Positions 24,672 through 37,268 of a stretch of 64,000 bases of DNA are shown piece after piece. Positions within the stretch are counted from its first letter, which is position 1. The number at the start of each line of letters is the position of its first letter. The stretch is from Felis catus (taxonomy: Eukaryota). The notes under the pieces are model-generated. The model saw only the letters and a list, made by a program, of their open reading frames with translations. It made no database searches and had not been told where the DNA came from. The translations under genes and the position numbers were made by a program. Where the stretch lies: NCBI RefSeq assembly GCF_018350175.1, contig NC_058377.1, positions 62,558,001 through 62,622,000 of the forward strand, given 5' to 3'.

Positions 24672-24840
24672 TCTATATAGATATCTATAGCTATAACTAT
24701 AGCTATAACTATAGATGATATATATAGATATAAGATGATATAGAGAAAGAGATAGAGATAGAGATAGAGATAGAGATAGAGATAGAGATAGAGATGATAT
24801 AGATATAGGCATAGATATAGATATATATGAGATATATATC
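24672..24840. repeat. Compound (ATAGAG)n/(ATAGCT)n microsatellite
   Basis: Read directly. Confidence 0.9.
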
Positions 24841-25295
24841 AGAAAAAATACTGCCTGTAATTGTTGGAGGTACGTACACTTCTGTGTGTCTGAATGTGTA
24901 CTTGCAATGATACTCTCTGTTGACCTCTGGCATAGAATATTACATACAAGAATAAATTTAAAGGAGGAAAACTTTGATTCACTGAAATAACTTTGTGTTA
25001 AAACTGGTGTTCTAGATCTCTTTCAGGCAATAATAAGATTTCTTTGACAGAGATGTTCAATTAGAGATCACATAACCAATTACAGGTATTAAGTAAACTG
25101 CAACAAGTTTCTATAATTAATACAGTACTGCTTAAAAATAAATAGTACAGTTTTTACTGAAGCATATGCAAGCAAAATATGGGAATTAGACTAGATTTTT
25201 TGGTGTTTTATTTTTTCGTTTTGTGTTCTCTCAAATTCCTGATTCTATAAAGTTCCTTCTAAGCCTAACCTTCAATATAATACACCCTCATTCTT

Positions 25296-25511
25296 TTTTT
25301 TAAAGATTGTTTTTTAATGTTTATTTTTTCAGAGAGAAACAGAGTGCAAGTGGGGGAGAGGCAGAGAGAGAGGGAGACACAGAATCTGAAGCAGGTTCCA
25401 GACTCTGAGCTGTCAGCACAGAGCCTGATGCAGGGCTCAAACTCATGAACTGTGAGATCATGACCTGAGCAGAAGTGAGGCACTTAACTGATTGAGCCAT
25501 CCAGGTGCCCC
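25296..25511 (-). mobile_element. SINEC_Fc-type SINE
   Basis: TSD ATACACCCTCATTCTT at 25280-25295 and 25514-25529. Confidence 0.95.
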
Positions 25512-25859
25512 GATACACCCTCATTCTTGAACTGACAAATTTAATACTATGTCATCTGGCTAGCCCATCCAGGAGTTTAAAAAAATGTTGTGGAACAAAT
25601 GAAAATTGCAAGAGGGAATATTTTTCAACAAAGAAATTAGTAAAAAAAACAAAAACAAAAACACAGACAATACAAAGAAATAATGTTACTTAACAATTGA
25701 AGTCATAATTTAGAAAGATTAAAAGATGCATTCAGTGGTCTGAAGTTTATTGAATAGAAAATTGAGTAGTACTAAAGTATATGAAGTGGTGAGTAAAATG
25801 AGTGTGTGGATTTTTAGAAAGTATTATCTCACACTAGCATTTAGAAAGGATAGGAGATA

Positions 25860-25993
25860 GGGGTGTCCTGGTGGCTCAGTAAGTTAAGCGCCCAACTTCG
25901 GCTCAGGTCATGATCTCATGGTTGGTGAGTTTGAATCCATTGGTAGCACAGAGCCTGCTTCAGATCCTCTGTCCCCCTCTCTGCCTCTCCCCT

Positions 25994-26040
<47 letters not shown>

Positions 26041-26050
26041 AAGAAATAAA
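25860..26050 (+). mobile_element. SINEC with internal deletion
   Basis: Head, shortened body and long (CT)n. Confidence 0.9.
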
Positions 26051-26529
26051 CACACACACACAAAATAGGAACGATAGGAGGTAGAAAATTAGTGAAGCAC
26101 AAAGTTAATCTTCAGGTATCTATGATTCGAGAAGAACTGGAATTTGGATAGAGGTAATGCAAATAAAGAGAGGGTATCTGCTCTGAAATAAGAAAGAGCC
26201 ATAAGGTATGATTTAGCCACAAAGTGGCAAGAGACATCATGGATGACTACTTATTTATTTATCTGTTTTTAACTGGGTGGCTTTGGGTAGGCATTCAAAT
26301 ATGTAAGAAGAAAAAAGAAAATTATTCATGAACATGAAAAATGCAAATATAAGAAAGGGGATGGGAAAAGAAATTGGACTGTAAAGAACCTTAGAAAATT
26401 TAGAATGTGAAAAAGTAAATGTAACAGGATTTTCTGAAGTGGATGAACTCAGTACAAACAACGCACTATGGTTTTCAAAAACAACAACAGAAAAGAAAGA
26501 ATGATAATTTAAAGGAAATTTTATGCAAC

Positions 26530-26740
26530 ACCTGTGTGGCTTAGTCCACTGAACATCCAACTTTGTCTCAGGTCATGATCTCCAGTTTGTGGATTCAAGC
26601 CCCGCATCGGGCTCTGTGCTGACAGTTCAGGGCCTGGAGCCTGCTTCAGATTCTGTGTCTCCCTGTCTCTCTCTGCCCCTCCCTGCTTGTGTCCTCTCTC
26701 AGTCTCTCTCAAAAATAAATAAATAAACGTTAACAAAAAA
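26530..26740 (+). mobile_element. SINEC
   Basis: Typical body and AAATAAATAAACGTT tail. Confidence 0.92.
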
Positions 26741-27044
26741 GGAAAGTAAATTTTAAAGACATGACTGACCTAAGTAAAATATTTTTCAGCTTAAATAAAG
26801 TCAAATTTAACTTTGGATGTTACAATACTGATCACTTCATCTAATTCTATGATTTTCCTAGTCATTTGTATTCATTTATTATACAAAACAAATGTTTTTA
26901 AAGTATATTATTAATGATGATCATTCAATCTCAGTGAGAAGAGTTAATATTGAGGTAACGGTAGACAAGAAACAATAGAGCTAGCATGTACACAAGTTTT
27001 TATAATCACCCATTTAATTTCACATATATTATTTACTTTCTATT

Positions 27045-27235
27045 ATTTTTAAAATTTTTAAATTTATTTTGAGAGAGAGCAGGGGAGGAACAGAGAGAGA
27101 GGGAGAGAGAGAGAATCCCAAGCAGACTCTGTACCATCAGTGCAGAGCCCGAAGCAGGGCTCAAACTCATGAACTATGAGATCATGACCTGAGCTGAAGT
27201 TGGACACTTAATGGGCTGAACCACCCAGGCTCCCC
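27045..27235 (-). mobile_element. SINEC
   Basis: Typical body. Confidence 0.92.
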
Positions 27236-28616
27236 TAGCTTCATATTCTTTATCCCTTGAACTAATGAGGTACCAAATACTCCCTTGATTTAAACACTTT
27301 ATTCTGGACATGGGTTGTAAAAGTCTTCCTAAATTTCTATGTCAAGATATATTTTTTGAGTCCAAGTATTTACTTCTGATCTCCTTCAAAAGTACATTGA
27401 ATTAATAATAAGCTAGAAATAATAAAAATATAGTATTTTTGGTGATTACAATATAGGTCATCAACAGACTGGATATTTTTTTAAAACTTCAAGGAAAGAG
27501 AAGGAAATTGAATGGAAATATTGGATAATATAAACAACAACATAATAAAACAAATGAAATATAGTGCTTCCAGGATAATGTAGGTCACTTTTTTTTCCAA
27601 ATAGCACAAATTGTTTCCAAATTCAGAGCCAAACAATACAGTAAGTAGAGCAGACCATGAAGCAATCACCAGGATACTAAACAGATGCCTATATTCATGG
27701 AATAAATGGGCCAATAATCTTTCCTCATATTTTATACACAGAGATGTACAGTGAACTGATTGCTACTTCTATCCTCCAGAAAAAACATAATCTGATTGGT
27801 ATCAAAATTCTCAAATGCAAAACTGGATGTTAAAAAAAAGTCTACATGACTTGAGGAAAATTATTTTGTATTAGAATTCAGTGTTCATTCAGTCCATTAT
27901 TCATGTCCAAGAGAAAAATGAAGACATTTTGAAAAATTGACAGAATATTTAAAACATGTTTTAAAGCATTAGATCGATAACAAAGTAGCAAAGATAAATG
28001 GGACAAGATGCCAGAAAATAACAGAAAGTAAACAAAAATGAATCCTGCCTTCGGTGGTGTTTTTCCTCAACATGTACTACGCATTTTCTGATTTAGAAGA
28101 GCTCTCAGAAAGTCTGGTAATATCAGGAGAGCTTTAACAGTATCACAGCATTGGGTAGGATTAAGCCTTGGAGTTCAGAGCTTGACAAGGATTAGGGGAA
28201 ATAGATCACCAAAGGAGTGCCCAGAGAGTGAGGGTAAATCAGAAATACAGCAGTCATCACAAAGTATGTAACCTGTCAGCATTAGCTCAGTTCTAATTAG
28301 AATGGCATGATGTGCTTTTACCCTAACTGCTTATCAGAACTGAAGTGAAACCTTTTTTGGTGATGATAACAATACGGATGACATAAAAGTATTCTGACAA
28401 GTTGTCCTTCATAAACTCAGCATTTAATAATAAAAAACCATATAACAAACACAAAAATTAACAGAACCAAAAAGCAAACAAAAAAGGAGAAAAATATTCA
28501 AAAGGGAACCAGATACTTAGATTACCAAATAACTATGATTATTATACAAAGCAAATTGGATGGCAAGATGAAAAATTTCAGCCATGAACCAGAAACTAAT
28601 AAAAATCAATTGAAGA

Positions 28617-29605
28617 GGAGTGACACAAGCAAGATGGTGGAATAATAGGTTTTCAGCTCATGTCTCCTTATAGAAACAAATATTTGACAGTCATCCATGA
28701 ACCAAAATGCCTTTGTGGGAGCTTTGGGATCCAAGAAGAAGGTTGTAAGACCCAGGTAGAGCCCATGACTGAAAAACGGTAGCTTTGAGAAGGCAAGCCC
28801 ATACACTAATGGCAGGCCTCCTGACCATAGTCCTGGCTGCATACTGGAGGCAGCCATGTCTTTTGTGAACTTGGCTCCAGTCCCACCTGTATGTAATCCT
28901 GATACTAGCCACTTTTGCCAAGGGAATCAGTAGAATCCATGCCCATCTCTGCCCTCTGTAACAGGTATACCAACCTCAGACCTGATTGTGATCCCTGAAG
29001 CAGTTGCCATGGCTTGATTCCAGCCCCACTCTACCACAGACCAGGGGCAATTTTGCCTGAATAGAGACAAGCCTAGTGGCCCAATGGGAACCAGTGGGGG
29101 CTACACCCATCTGCAACCCTGCTAACAGATCTGCCAACCATGGAGCCAACTGTAGGCCAGATGATAGCCACAGACCTGGTTCCAGCGCTACTCAACCATG
29201 ATCTCAGAGGTAGTCCCATCAGTCCAGTGACCCAGCAGAAGGATTTTACCTGCCAAAATCAGTCTAAAAATTGGAAGGGGTATCTGTTCTTTCAAACACA
29301 CATACCAACTTAAGTTACATAGATCACAAAGAATCAGATAAACATGACACCAACAAACGTAACTAATGAACTCCAATAGCTGGTCCTAAAGAAATGAAGA
29401 TCTATAAACTACTTAATAAATAATTCAAAATAATCATCTTAAAGAAGCTCAGTGCACTACAGGAGAAGATAGACAACTAAATGCAATCAGGAAAACAATA
29501 CATGAACAAAATGAGAAGTCTAACAAAGGAGTAGGTACTATAAAAATGAACCAAACAGAAATTATACAGCTTAAAATATAAATACTAAACTGAAAAAATT
29601 CAACA
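28617..29605 (+). mobile_element. L1 5' UTR and start of ORF1, decayed
   Basis: CAAGATGGTGGAATA start; ORF1-like TTCAAAATAATCATCTTAAAGAAGCTCAGTG...ATCAGGAAAACAATACATGAACAAAATGAGAAG. Confidence 0.7.
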
Positions 29606-30500
29606 AAGAAAAAGTGCAGTCAATATATACATCAGAATATTATTTAACCTCCAAAAAGAAAAACATCCTGCCATTGAAGGAACATGGATGAAACTGAGGA
29701 CATGACTCTAAAATGAAATAAGCCAGTCACATGAAGACAAATATTGCATTATCNNNNNNNNNNNNNNNNNNNNNNNNNNNNNNNNNNNNNNNNNNNNNNN
29801 NNNNNNNNNNNNNNNNNNNNNNNNNNNNNNNNNNNNNNNNNNNNNNNNNNNNNNNNNNNNNNNNNNNNNNNNNNNNNNNNNNNNNNNNNNNNNNNNNNNN
29901 NNNNNNNNNNNNNNNNNNNNNNNNNNNNNNNNNNNNNNNNNNNNNNNNNNNNNNNNNNNNNNNNNNNNNNNNNNNNNNNNNNNNNNNNNNNNNNNNNNNN
30001 NNNNNNNNNNNNNNNNNNNNNNNGGAAAAGGGAAGATTAAAAAAAAAATTAGAAATAGAATGGTAGTTGCCAGAGGAAGGGGTGAAGAGTCTATGGGGAG
30101 TTATTGTTGAGTGGATNNNNNNNNNNNNNNNNNNNNNNNNNNNNNNNNNNNNNNNNNNNNNNNNNNNNNNNNNNNNNNNNNNNNNNNNNNNNNNNNNNNN
30201 NNNNNNNNNNNNNNNNNNNNNNNNNNNNNNNNNNNNNNNNNNNNNNNNNNNCTCAGTCTGTTGAACGTCCATCTTCAGCTCAGGTCATGATCTCGCGGTC
30301 TGTGAGTTCAAGCCCTGTGTCGGGCTCCGTGCTGACAGCTCAGAGCCTGGAGCCTGCTTTGGGTTCTGTGTTTCCCTTTCTCTCTGCCCCTCCCCTACTC
30401 ATGCTCTGTCTCTCTCTGTCTCAGAAATAAATAATCATTAAAAAAATTTTTTAAATGGTTGAGATAGTAAATTTTATGTTATGTGTATGCTACTACAATA
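29606..30500 (+). mobile_element. L1 3' end (L1MB-like) with two N-runs and a nested SINEC at about 30252-30447
   Basis: ATGAAATAAGCCAGTCACATGAAGACAAATATTG; ATGGTTGAGATAGTAAATTTTATGTTATGTGTAT. Confidence 0.75.
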
Positions 30501-31869
30501 AAACTCAGGGGAAAAAATGGTAAAGGTAGGAAACACAAAACCCAAGGGGAAAAATGTGTATGTTATAATAGCAGTACACATTGATATAAAAATAAGAGAC
30601 TTGGAGATTGTGTTTTTCATCTTGTCATCCAATTTACTTTGTATAATAATCATAGTTATTTAGGAGTCCATGTATCTGGTTCCTTTTTGAATGGTTTATA
30701 CAGAAGACCATCATGGAGAACATGAGAATTGGTGGAAAGTTGAAGGAAAGTGAAAATGAGCAGTAGTTATTTTCTAAGTAGGACTCTTGATCACCTAAGA
30801 CAGAGTAATGTTTTGGAGAGTCATGAAGTAGAATTAAAGTTTACAGTTTGGTTGGGCATTTGCTGAAGTACTTTGCCAACAGTGGTGTATATACTTTATC
30901 ATATAAAGCCCAACATCTATAATGGAGAAGCAGAGGGAATAAAAAGAAATCTTAAGTAGAGATTAGATAGAGTCAGGCTTGATTTGTAAAGGTAAATGTT
31001 GAAACAATGGGGAAAATGGGTACCATGAGGGAGTGACCAGAGAGAGGCCAGGAATGTAAGCTTTTCATTCATCAAAAAGAGAAGCAATAAAAAAGAGAAC
31101 ATATCAGATCTAACCAGAATCTCTTTTGAACACAGATATTATCTTCTCTCTCTTAACCACTCAAAATTATCTGAACTTAGAAGCCAAAAAAAAAAAAAAA
31201 AAAAGATTTTCTAATGTATTCAACTGTCCTTCAGTCTTTTCCTGTCTGTACTCAGGAAAATCCTGACCTAAGGCATGCCCTGGTACTTGAAGGTCTACCT
31301 CACCATCATCCAGGGAGGGAGACAAAGAAAGCTAAACTTTGAGCTCTAGCTAGATTCTGTTTTCTCAGGAGAATGTGGAGTTTCCTTCACCTTCTGTCAA
31401 AAGAGTTAAAACACATGAAAGCCCCTCTTCAAAGACTTTATCTGTTTAAAATTAGTTATAGGTTGTAAGGAGAATCTTTCTGAGTTGGAAGAAAGCTGAT
31501 ACTATTATCTACAGGGATGAACACTGTCAAAAAATAGACTGTTGGTACAGGGTCTAATGTGTCTATTTTAGGGGTCTCATCTTTTGAAATCATGGTCATA
31601 ACACCAGACTGCATCAGGATTCACACATTTATATTAAACAAAGCAGAAGAGTCACTAATAGCTGTTTCCTAAGAAGTCACACTCCGAAGACTTAATGACT
31701 TAAACTTAATTATTTTCATGACATCATCCCCCAGAAAGACTCCCCCCACCCCTTCAGGATATTTCGTTTCCTAACAGCTCATGAGACATAATCTCCCCTG
31801 ACCTAGAAGTTACATCTGATCTGGTGATTTGTTTCTGCAGATGGTAGAGAGGAACAAATAGTTAGATGG

Positions 31870-32113
31870 GCTTAATGACCCATCAGCCCAAGTTTATGTG
31901 CCCAGAGGACTCTGAAGGCTAAGCTCAGGGATCCTGGGACATGCTTAGACTTAGGGATGTTTTCACTCATTATAAAGATTTTCTCCATGTGACAGGATGG
32001 ACTTAGGACCTGGAGGCTTGAAGGGGCTCCAATCACCATATGTAAGCACCTAGGCTTATGCTGTGGTATTGGTTCAAGTGAGGGCTGACAGAGGAAATAT
32101 TAGAAAGGTAAGG
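31870..32113 (+). promoter_or_regulatory. Candidate promoter and non-coding exon 1 of OR52E4 copy B
   Basis: TAATGA near 31873; O/E-like CCCAGAGGA, CTCAGGGA, TCCTGGGA, CTTAGGGA; TATAAAG 31971-31977; donor AAG|GTAAGG at 32108. Confidence 0.55.
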
Positions 32114-35100
32114 CTACATAGACAGGGGAGATGAGACACAATAGTGAGGAAGAGAAGAGGTAAATGCGGATAGAAGGGGACAATAGTCTCTTCTCTGCTC
32201 AGGAGTTATCCAAACCCCATTATCCATTCTCTTCACAAAAGAACACAACAGAGCACATGGGACTGGAACAGACATTCAGCAGGTGAGCACAGAGATATGC
32301 CAACAGGCANNNNNNNNNNNNNNNNNNNNNNNNNNNNNNNNNNNNNNNNNNNNNNNNNNNNNNNNNNNNNNNNNNNNNNNNNNNNNNNNNNNNNNNNNNN
32401 NNNNNNNNNNNNNNNNNNNNNNNNNNNNNNNNNNNNNNNNNNNNNNGCTAGAAAGCCACAAATAGTTTTCAGTAGCATAACCACATATATTGTCTCTAAA
32501 GAAGATTGCTTTGACTAGCAAATTGTTGGCAGGGAAGCAGACCCAGCAACTAGGCTTGCTGTGATTCATCTGAGGCAGAAGAAGGCTACTGCAGGCCACT
32601 GTCATATGTTTGAGGCTAGATGTAGAAGTGTGACTGATGTCATATATAAATAAAATGATGTAGGTATTATACATTTGGTCTGCCCTATAATCTTATTTGT
32701 TTTCTCCTGCATAATCCTGGTTTAGAGGTTCTCAATTCTACATTGCCCCCCTTCCCCCACCATGCACCTACTACTTTATGGAAATATATCCAAGCCTTTT
32801 TAATGGAGCCCAGTACAACTGCTAGTTTAGTCATATCCAATGTCCCCCTCTAGTTTTCTGTGTCATAGCCTATTCATGACAGTGCCTGAAAGAAGTTACT
32901 CTCATCAATTGGTAGATCCCACCCAGCTTGAGAAATCTGTAGAATGAGAGAGAACACAGTTTACTTTCCAACTGAACTGTATTAGTTTATGTGTGAATCC
33001 ATAGAATTCCAGAAATAAATCTAAATGTGAAGCTCTACACTTCTCATTCACTTTGCAATATTCTGGGTCATCCCTCTTTCCCTGCCTCCTTCATCTTACC
33101 CTATAGTCACCATGAATTATTTGTAAGTAATAAACTCTTTATAATCAAGTAAGTTATTTGTGCTATTAGGTGACATTCTTAGCTATTTATAATTAAAAGA
33201 AAAATAAAATTTGGGGAAGGACTAATAGTTTAAATAAGTACCACTTATTGAATATATCCTAAGAGCTAGTCCTTTACATGCATCGGTCATATTTGTGCTT
33301 AAAACAAGTCACATGGATAGAATTTATTAACTCAATTTTACAGAAAAAAAACTGATGTAGAAAGTAAAGGAATTTGTTCAAGGATTCCCATTAGTATGGC
33401 ATAGCAAGATTTCAAGGCGTGTTTGAATGAATTCAAAGTCTGTATAAATCATCTATAATATTCTACTATAAGAGTCAAAGGAAAAAGAGCCAGTGGGGTA
33501 AAGAAAAAAATACAACTTCAATAAATTGAGAGTTGGTGGTCACTAAAAGGGAAAGATCTCTAACTATTATCAATTAAACTTTTAAAATGGACTCTGGGCT
33601 TTTTGTCCATGTGCACATCTAGAAATGGATGAAATTACTACCTTGCCTTCCAGGAATAATCCTTGAGCTTATTGGCCCACACTATCTGCCACTATTTGTG
33701 GCACACAACTGCAGCAGAAATAAGGCAACTTCCTGACCAAAATTGTGAGAGGGTGGGTGCCCTACTGAATTTGAGGTATATTATCAAAAAGAGCTCCCTC
33801 TGCTTCTCCCCTGGAAAGCTCCCCCATCAGCCAGTAAAGTATCATTGAAAAACAGCAGCCCTGAAGATGGGGCTGACTCTGGACTGTGAATCTCATGATG
33901 TGTCATCCTACTTACTTCCTCAGACTCTCCTAAGTCCCACCAGCCATTGCCCTCTGATTTCTCAGCCTTGCATACTCCCATGGCAAACATTGTTTTCTCC
34001 ATATATATGAATAATTTTCTCTCTAGCTTCTTTGGAGACAAGAGATGTTCCTCTTTCTCAAGCATAGCAAGTGACTATCAATTCCTTTGCCTGGGTATTA
34101 CTACTCAGCAATAACTAGCTGGCAAAGTTACATGCAATCACATACATAATAATAATAATCAGCTTAATAACTAACTCTCTTTTTCTCTTTCTATCTCTCA
34201 CACATACACACACATAAGCGCACACTTACACAAATCCTGATTCTATTCAACAGCTAAATTCTGAAAAACTTGGAACCATACACTCCTGTGGCAGTGTTGG
34301 GAATGTTAAAATGAATATCCCCCAGTTTTTGCCCGCAGGCAGCAGCATTTCTATTGGTAACAAATAGATAAATACATAAAAGAAGTCATGTTGTATTAGA
34401 TGCAGCATAATTGTACAATATACTAGTGGCACAAAGTGTTAAAACAATTTCCTTTATTCATTTCAGGGATCAGGAAAGATTCATTAACAACACTTCAATT
34501 TTGGTGTCACTGAAATTTGTTACTTGTTTTATCTATTCATACCTGAAGCCAGGAACAACTTAAGGACAAGGTGTAATTTTCTATGTTCATTATATGTTGT
34601 AAGAAAGATGAACGTAGTTTAATTGATAAGCAAAAGGTAATTTATTGTAAGAACATTAGGGAATGGCAGAATAAACAGTCTCTGGAGGTGTGGGATAGGA
34701 AACTAAGGCATTCCATAAGATCAGGAATCATCAAAAACAACAACGGTCTCATAGGAGAGATAGATTGAGGGAAATTTAAAGAAAGACCATCTGATTGACC
34801 ACCCTTAAGTCATGTGACTATATGAGATCCATTAGGTAAATCCCTACATTTATATTATATCAAAAGACAGCCAATGGTATAATTCGGTCTTTCTCATTTG
34901 GACTTTGGATTCTCTAACACCAGATCGCACTTTGAGAAGTACCGGGTATAGCAGTTTCCCAAAAATAAAAAAGGAGCTATTTGAAAAAAAAATGGAAGAA
35001 AATATCAAGCAGATAAGCATACACTACTAGGTGAAAGACTATAAGTTCCTTCAAAGAACTCACATTATTACAAAAGTTAAAGGTCCACATAACATCACCC

Positions 35101-35130
35101 ACAATTCATTTCAGAACAATAACATGTATT

Positions 35131-37268
35131 GAGAGTTACTCAATTACCCTCTGGAAAGAGCAGAATCTCTAAAGTTTGGAATCAACCACTCCTGCTATTA
35201 CCTCCAGCACACCAGTTAAGGTTTGTCATTTCCTATGACCTTGATAAAGAAAAGATCATAAAGAGAGTGAGATACCTACGCCTCAACAGGAATTCAATGA
35301 CACTTGCTGGGAGAATGACTTCCATCAATGACACCCACTTCCATCCCCCCTTGTTTCACCTGCTAGGAATCCCAGGACTGGAAACTGTACATATCTGGAT
35401 TGCTTTCCCATTCTGCATTGTGTACCTGATTGCCCTTGTGGGGAACATCACCATTCTCTTTGTGATCAAGACTGAACACAGTCTCCACCAGCCCATGTTC
35501 TACTTCCTGGCCATGTTGTCTATGATCGATCTGGGTCTGTCCACGTCCACCATCCCCAAAATGCTGGGCATCTTCTGGTTCAACCAACAAGAGATCAGCT
35601 TTGGGGGCTGCCTTGCCCAGATGTTCTTTATCCACATGTTCACAGGAATGGAGACTGTTCTCCTGGTGGCCATGGCTTATGACCGCTTTGTTGCCATCTG
35701 CAACCCTCTCCAGTACACCATGATCCTCACCAATAAAACCATCAGCATCCTAGCTTCTCTTGTTGTGGGAAGAAATTTAATTCTTGTGACTCCATTCGTG
35801 TTTCTCATTCTGAGGTTGCCCTTCTGTGGGCATCACATCATCCCTCATACGTACTGTGAGCACATGGGTCTTGCCCGGTTGGCCTGTGCACCCATCAAGG
35901 TCAACATTATCTATGGGCTCATGGTGATTTCTAATATCATTGTGGATGTGATCCTGATTGCCTCCTCCTATGTGCTTATCCTTCGAGCTGTTTTCCGCCT
36001 TCCTTCTCAGGATGCCCGGCTAAAGGCTCTCAATACCTGTGGTTCTCATGTCTGTGTCATGCTGTGCTTTTACACGCCAGCTTTTTTTTCTTTTATGACA
36101 CACCGTTTTGGCAGAAACATTCCCCGCTATATCCACATTCTTCTGGCTAATCTTTATGTGGTTGTCCCACCGGCCCTTAATCCGGTCATCTATGGAGTCA
36201 GGACCAAACACATCCGAGAGAGAGTTGTGAAGATATTTGTACAGAAATAATAGTTCAGTGTCAACATTTGGAAAATATATCCACATACCACCCACATTTT
36301 AATAATCTGAGCTCTGCTTCAAATTTCCTATTAGAGTAGATAGCAGTAGCCAGATTTTTATTTTTTATTGGAATTCATTTAGAGTTGACAGGTAACTTTG
36401 CTGTCTGCTCTACCCACCCACCCCATGTAACTGGACGAAGGGAAAGCACTGATGGAAAAGGAAGATGTCCTGGAGGCAGCAGTGGTTTGGGAGTAGAATG
36501 GCTGGTGGGAAAAGATGAGAACACTCCCCATTTTTCCGTGTGTCTTCTCTTTAGGTACGTTTAGACCCTGAAGGAACACTGATTCAACAATCTCACTTTG
36601 TGGATGAGGAAAATAAGGTATAAGCCATGGCTTGGTGACAGTGTCTAAATTAGTGCATATGTTCCACAGATTTATATTCTGTATATTAATCCTCAAGTTT
36701 TGTCTTCCTTCTCTAGAGTCATTACTCATTTTCATTTTAATGGTTCCCCTGTCTTGTTCTTACTGTCATTTTTGTTCCCTTTCTTCTTTCTAATCTAATT
36801 CTTCCCATTTCCCTCTCTTCCTCCTTCTCTCCCTCTTTTTCCTCCCCCCTCCTCCCTTCTCTCCTTCTCTTTTTATCTCTCTCTCTCTCCCTATCTCTTC
36901 TTCACTGTTTCTCCAATAAACCAAGTATCTGTGAATTGAAGAATATGGGAGAATACAGTTTAGACATTAAAGATATATGACATTATTTCCTCACAGCAAA
37001 GTCATTTTAGATGTGAATAATTGTATGTGTTCTATGTCTAGTTCTAACTGAATTCTACCTAAAATTTTCCTTCTTTGCTACACCATTTACCTTCATATAT
37101 ACAAGATTCCAGAAAATTTGGAAAAGGAAATCAGCATCCTCCTATGGTTTAAGCACAAAATCAGTCTTGATAGCGAATTCAGAATAATCTCAGTATGATT
37201 TATGAATAATGCAGATTTCCAATATGTAGTACCATTTTCCAAACTCCAGGTATAGGTAGAGAATGTAG
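35131..37268 (+). repeat. Right arm of the inverted duplication (partner 17752-19873)
   Basis: In the core, paired positions sum to 54983. Confidence 0.92.
35315..36250 (+). CDS. OR52E4: Olfactory receptor OR52E4-like, copy B, 311 aa (in-frame upstream ATG at 35297)
   Basis: Protein identical to copy A; orientation matches my recollection of human OR52E4. Confidence 0.93.
   Translation: MTSINDTHFHPPLFHLLGIPGLETVHIWIAFPFCIVYLIALVGNITILFVIKTEHSLHQPMFYFLAMLSMIDLGLSTSTIPKMLGIFWFNQQEISFGGCLAQMFFIHMFTGMETVLLVAMAYDRFVAICNPLQYTMILTNKTISILASLVVGRNLILVTPFVFLILRLPFCGHHIIPHTYCEHMGLARLACAPIKVNIIYGLMVISNIIVDVILIASSYVLILRAVFRLPSQDARLKALNTCGSHVCVMLCFYTPAFFSFMTHRFGRNIPRYIHILLANLYVVVPPALNPVIYGVRTKHIRERVVKIFVQK

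Noticed and set aside
35129-35296. 373-aa ORF suggesting an N-terminally extended OR
   Set aside because: It begins at TTG, crosses predicted intron sequence and is not open in copy A; the first ATGs are 35297 and 35315.
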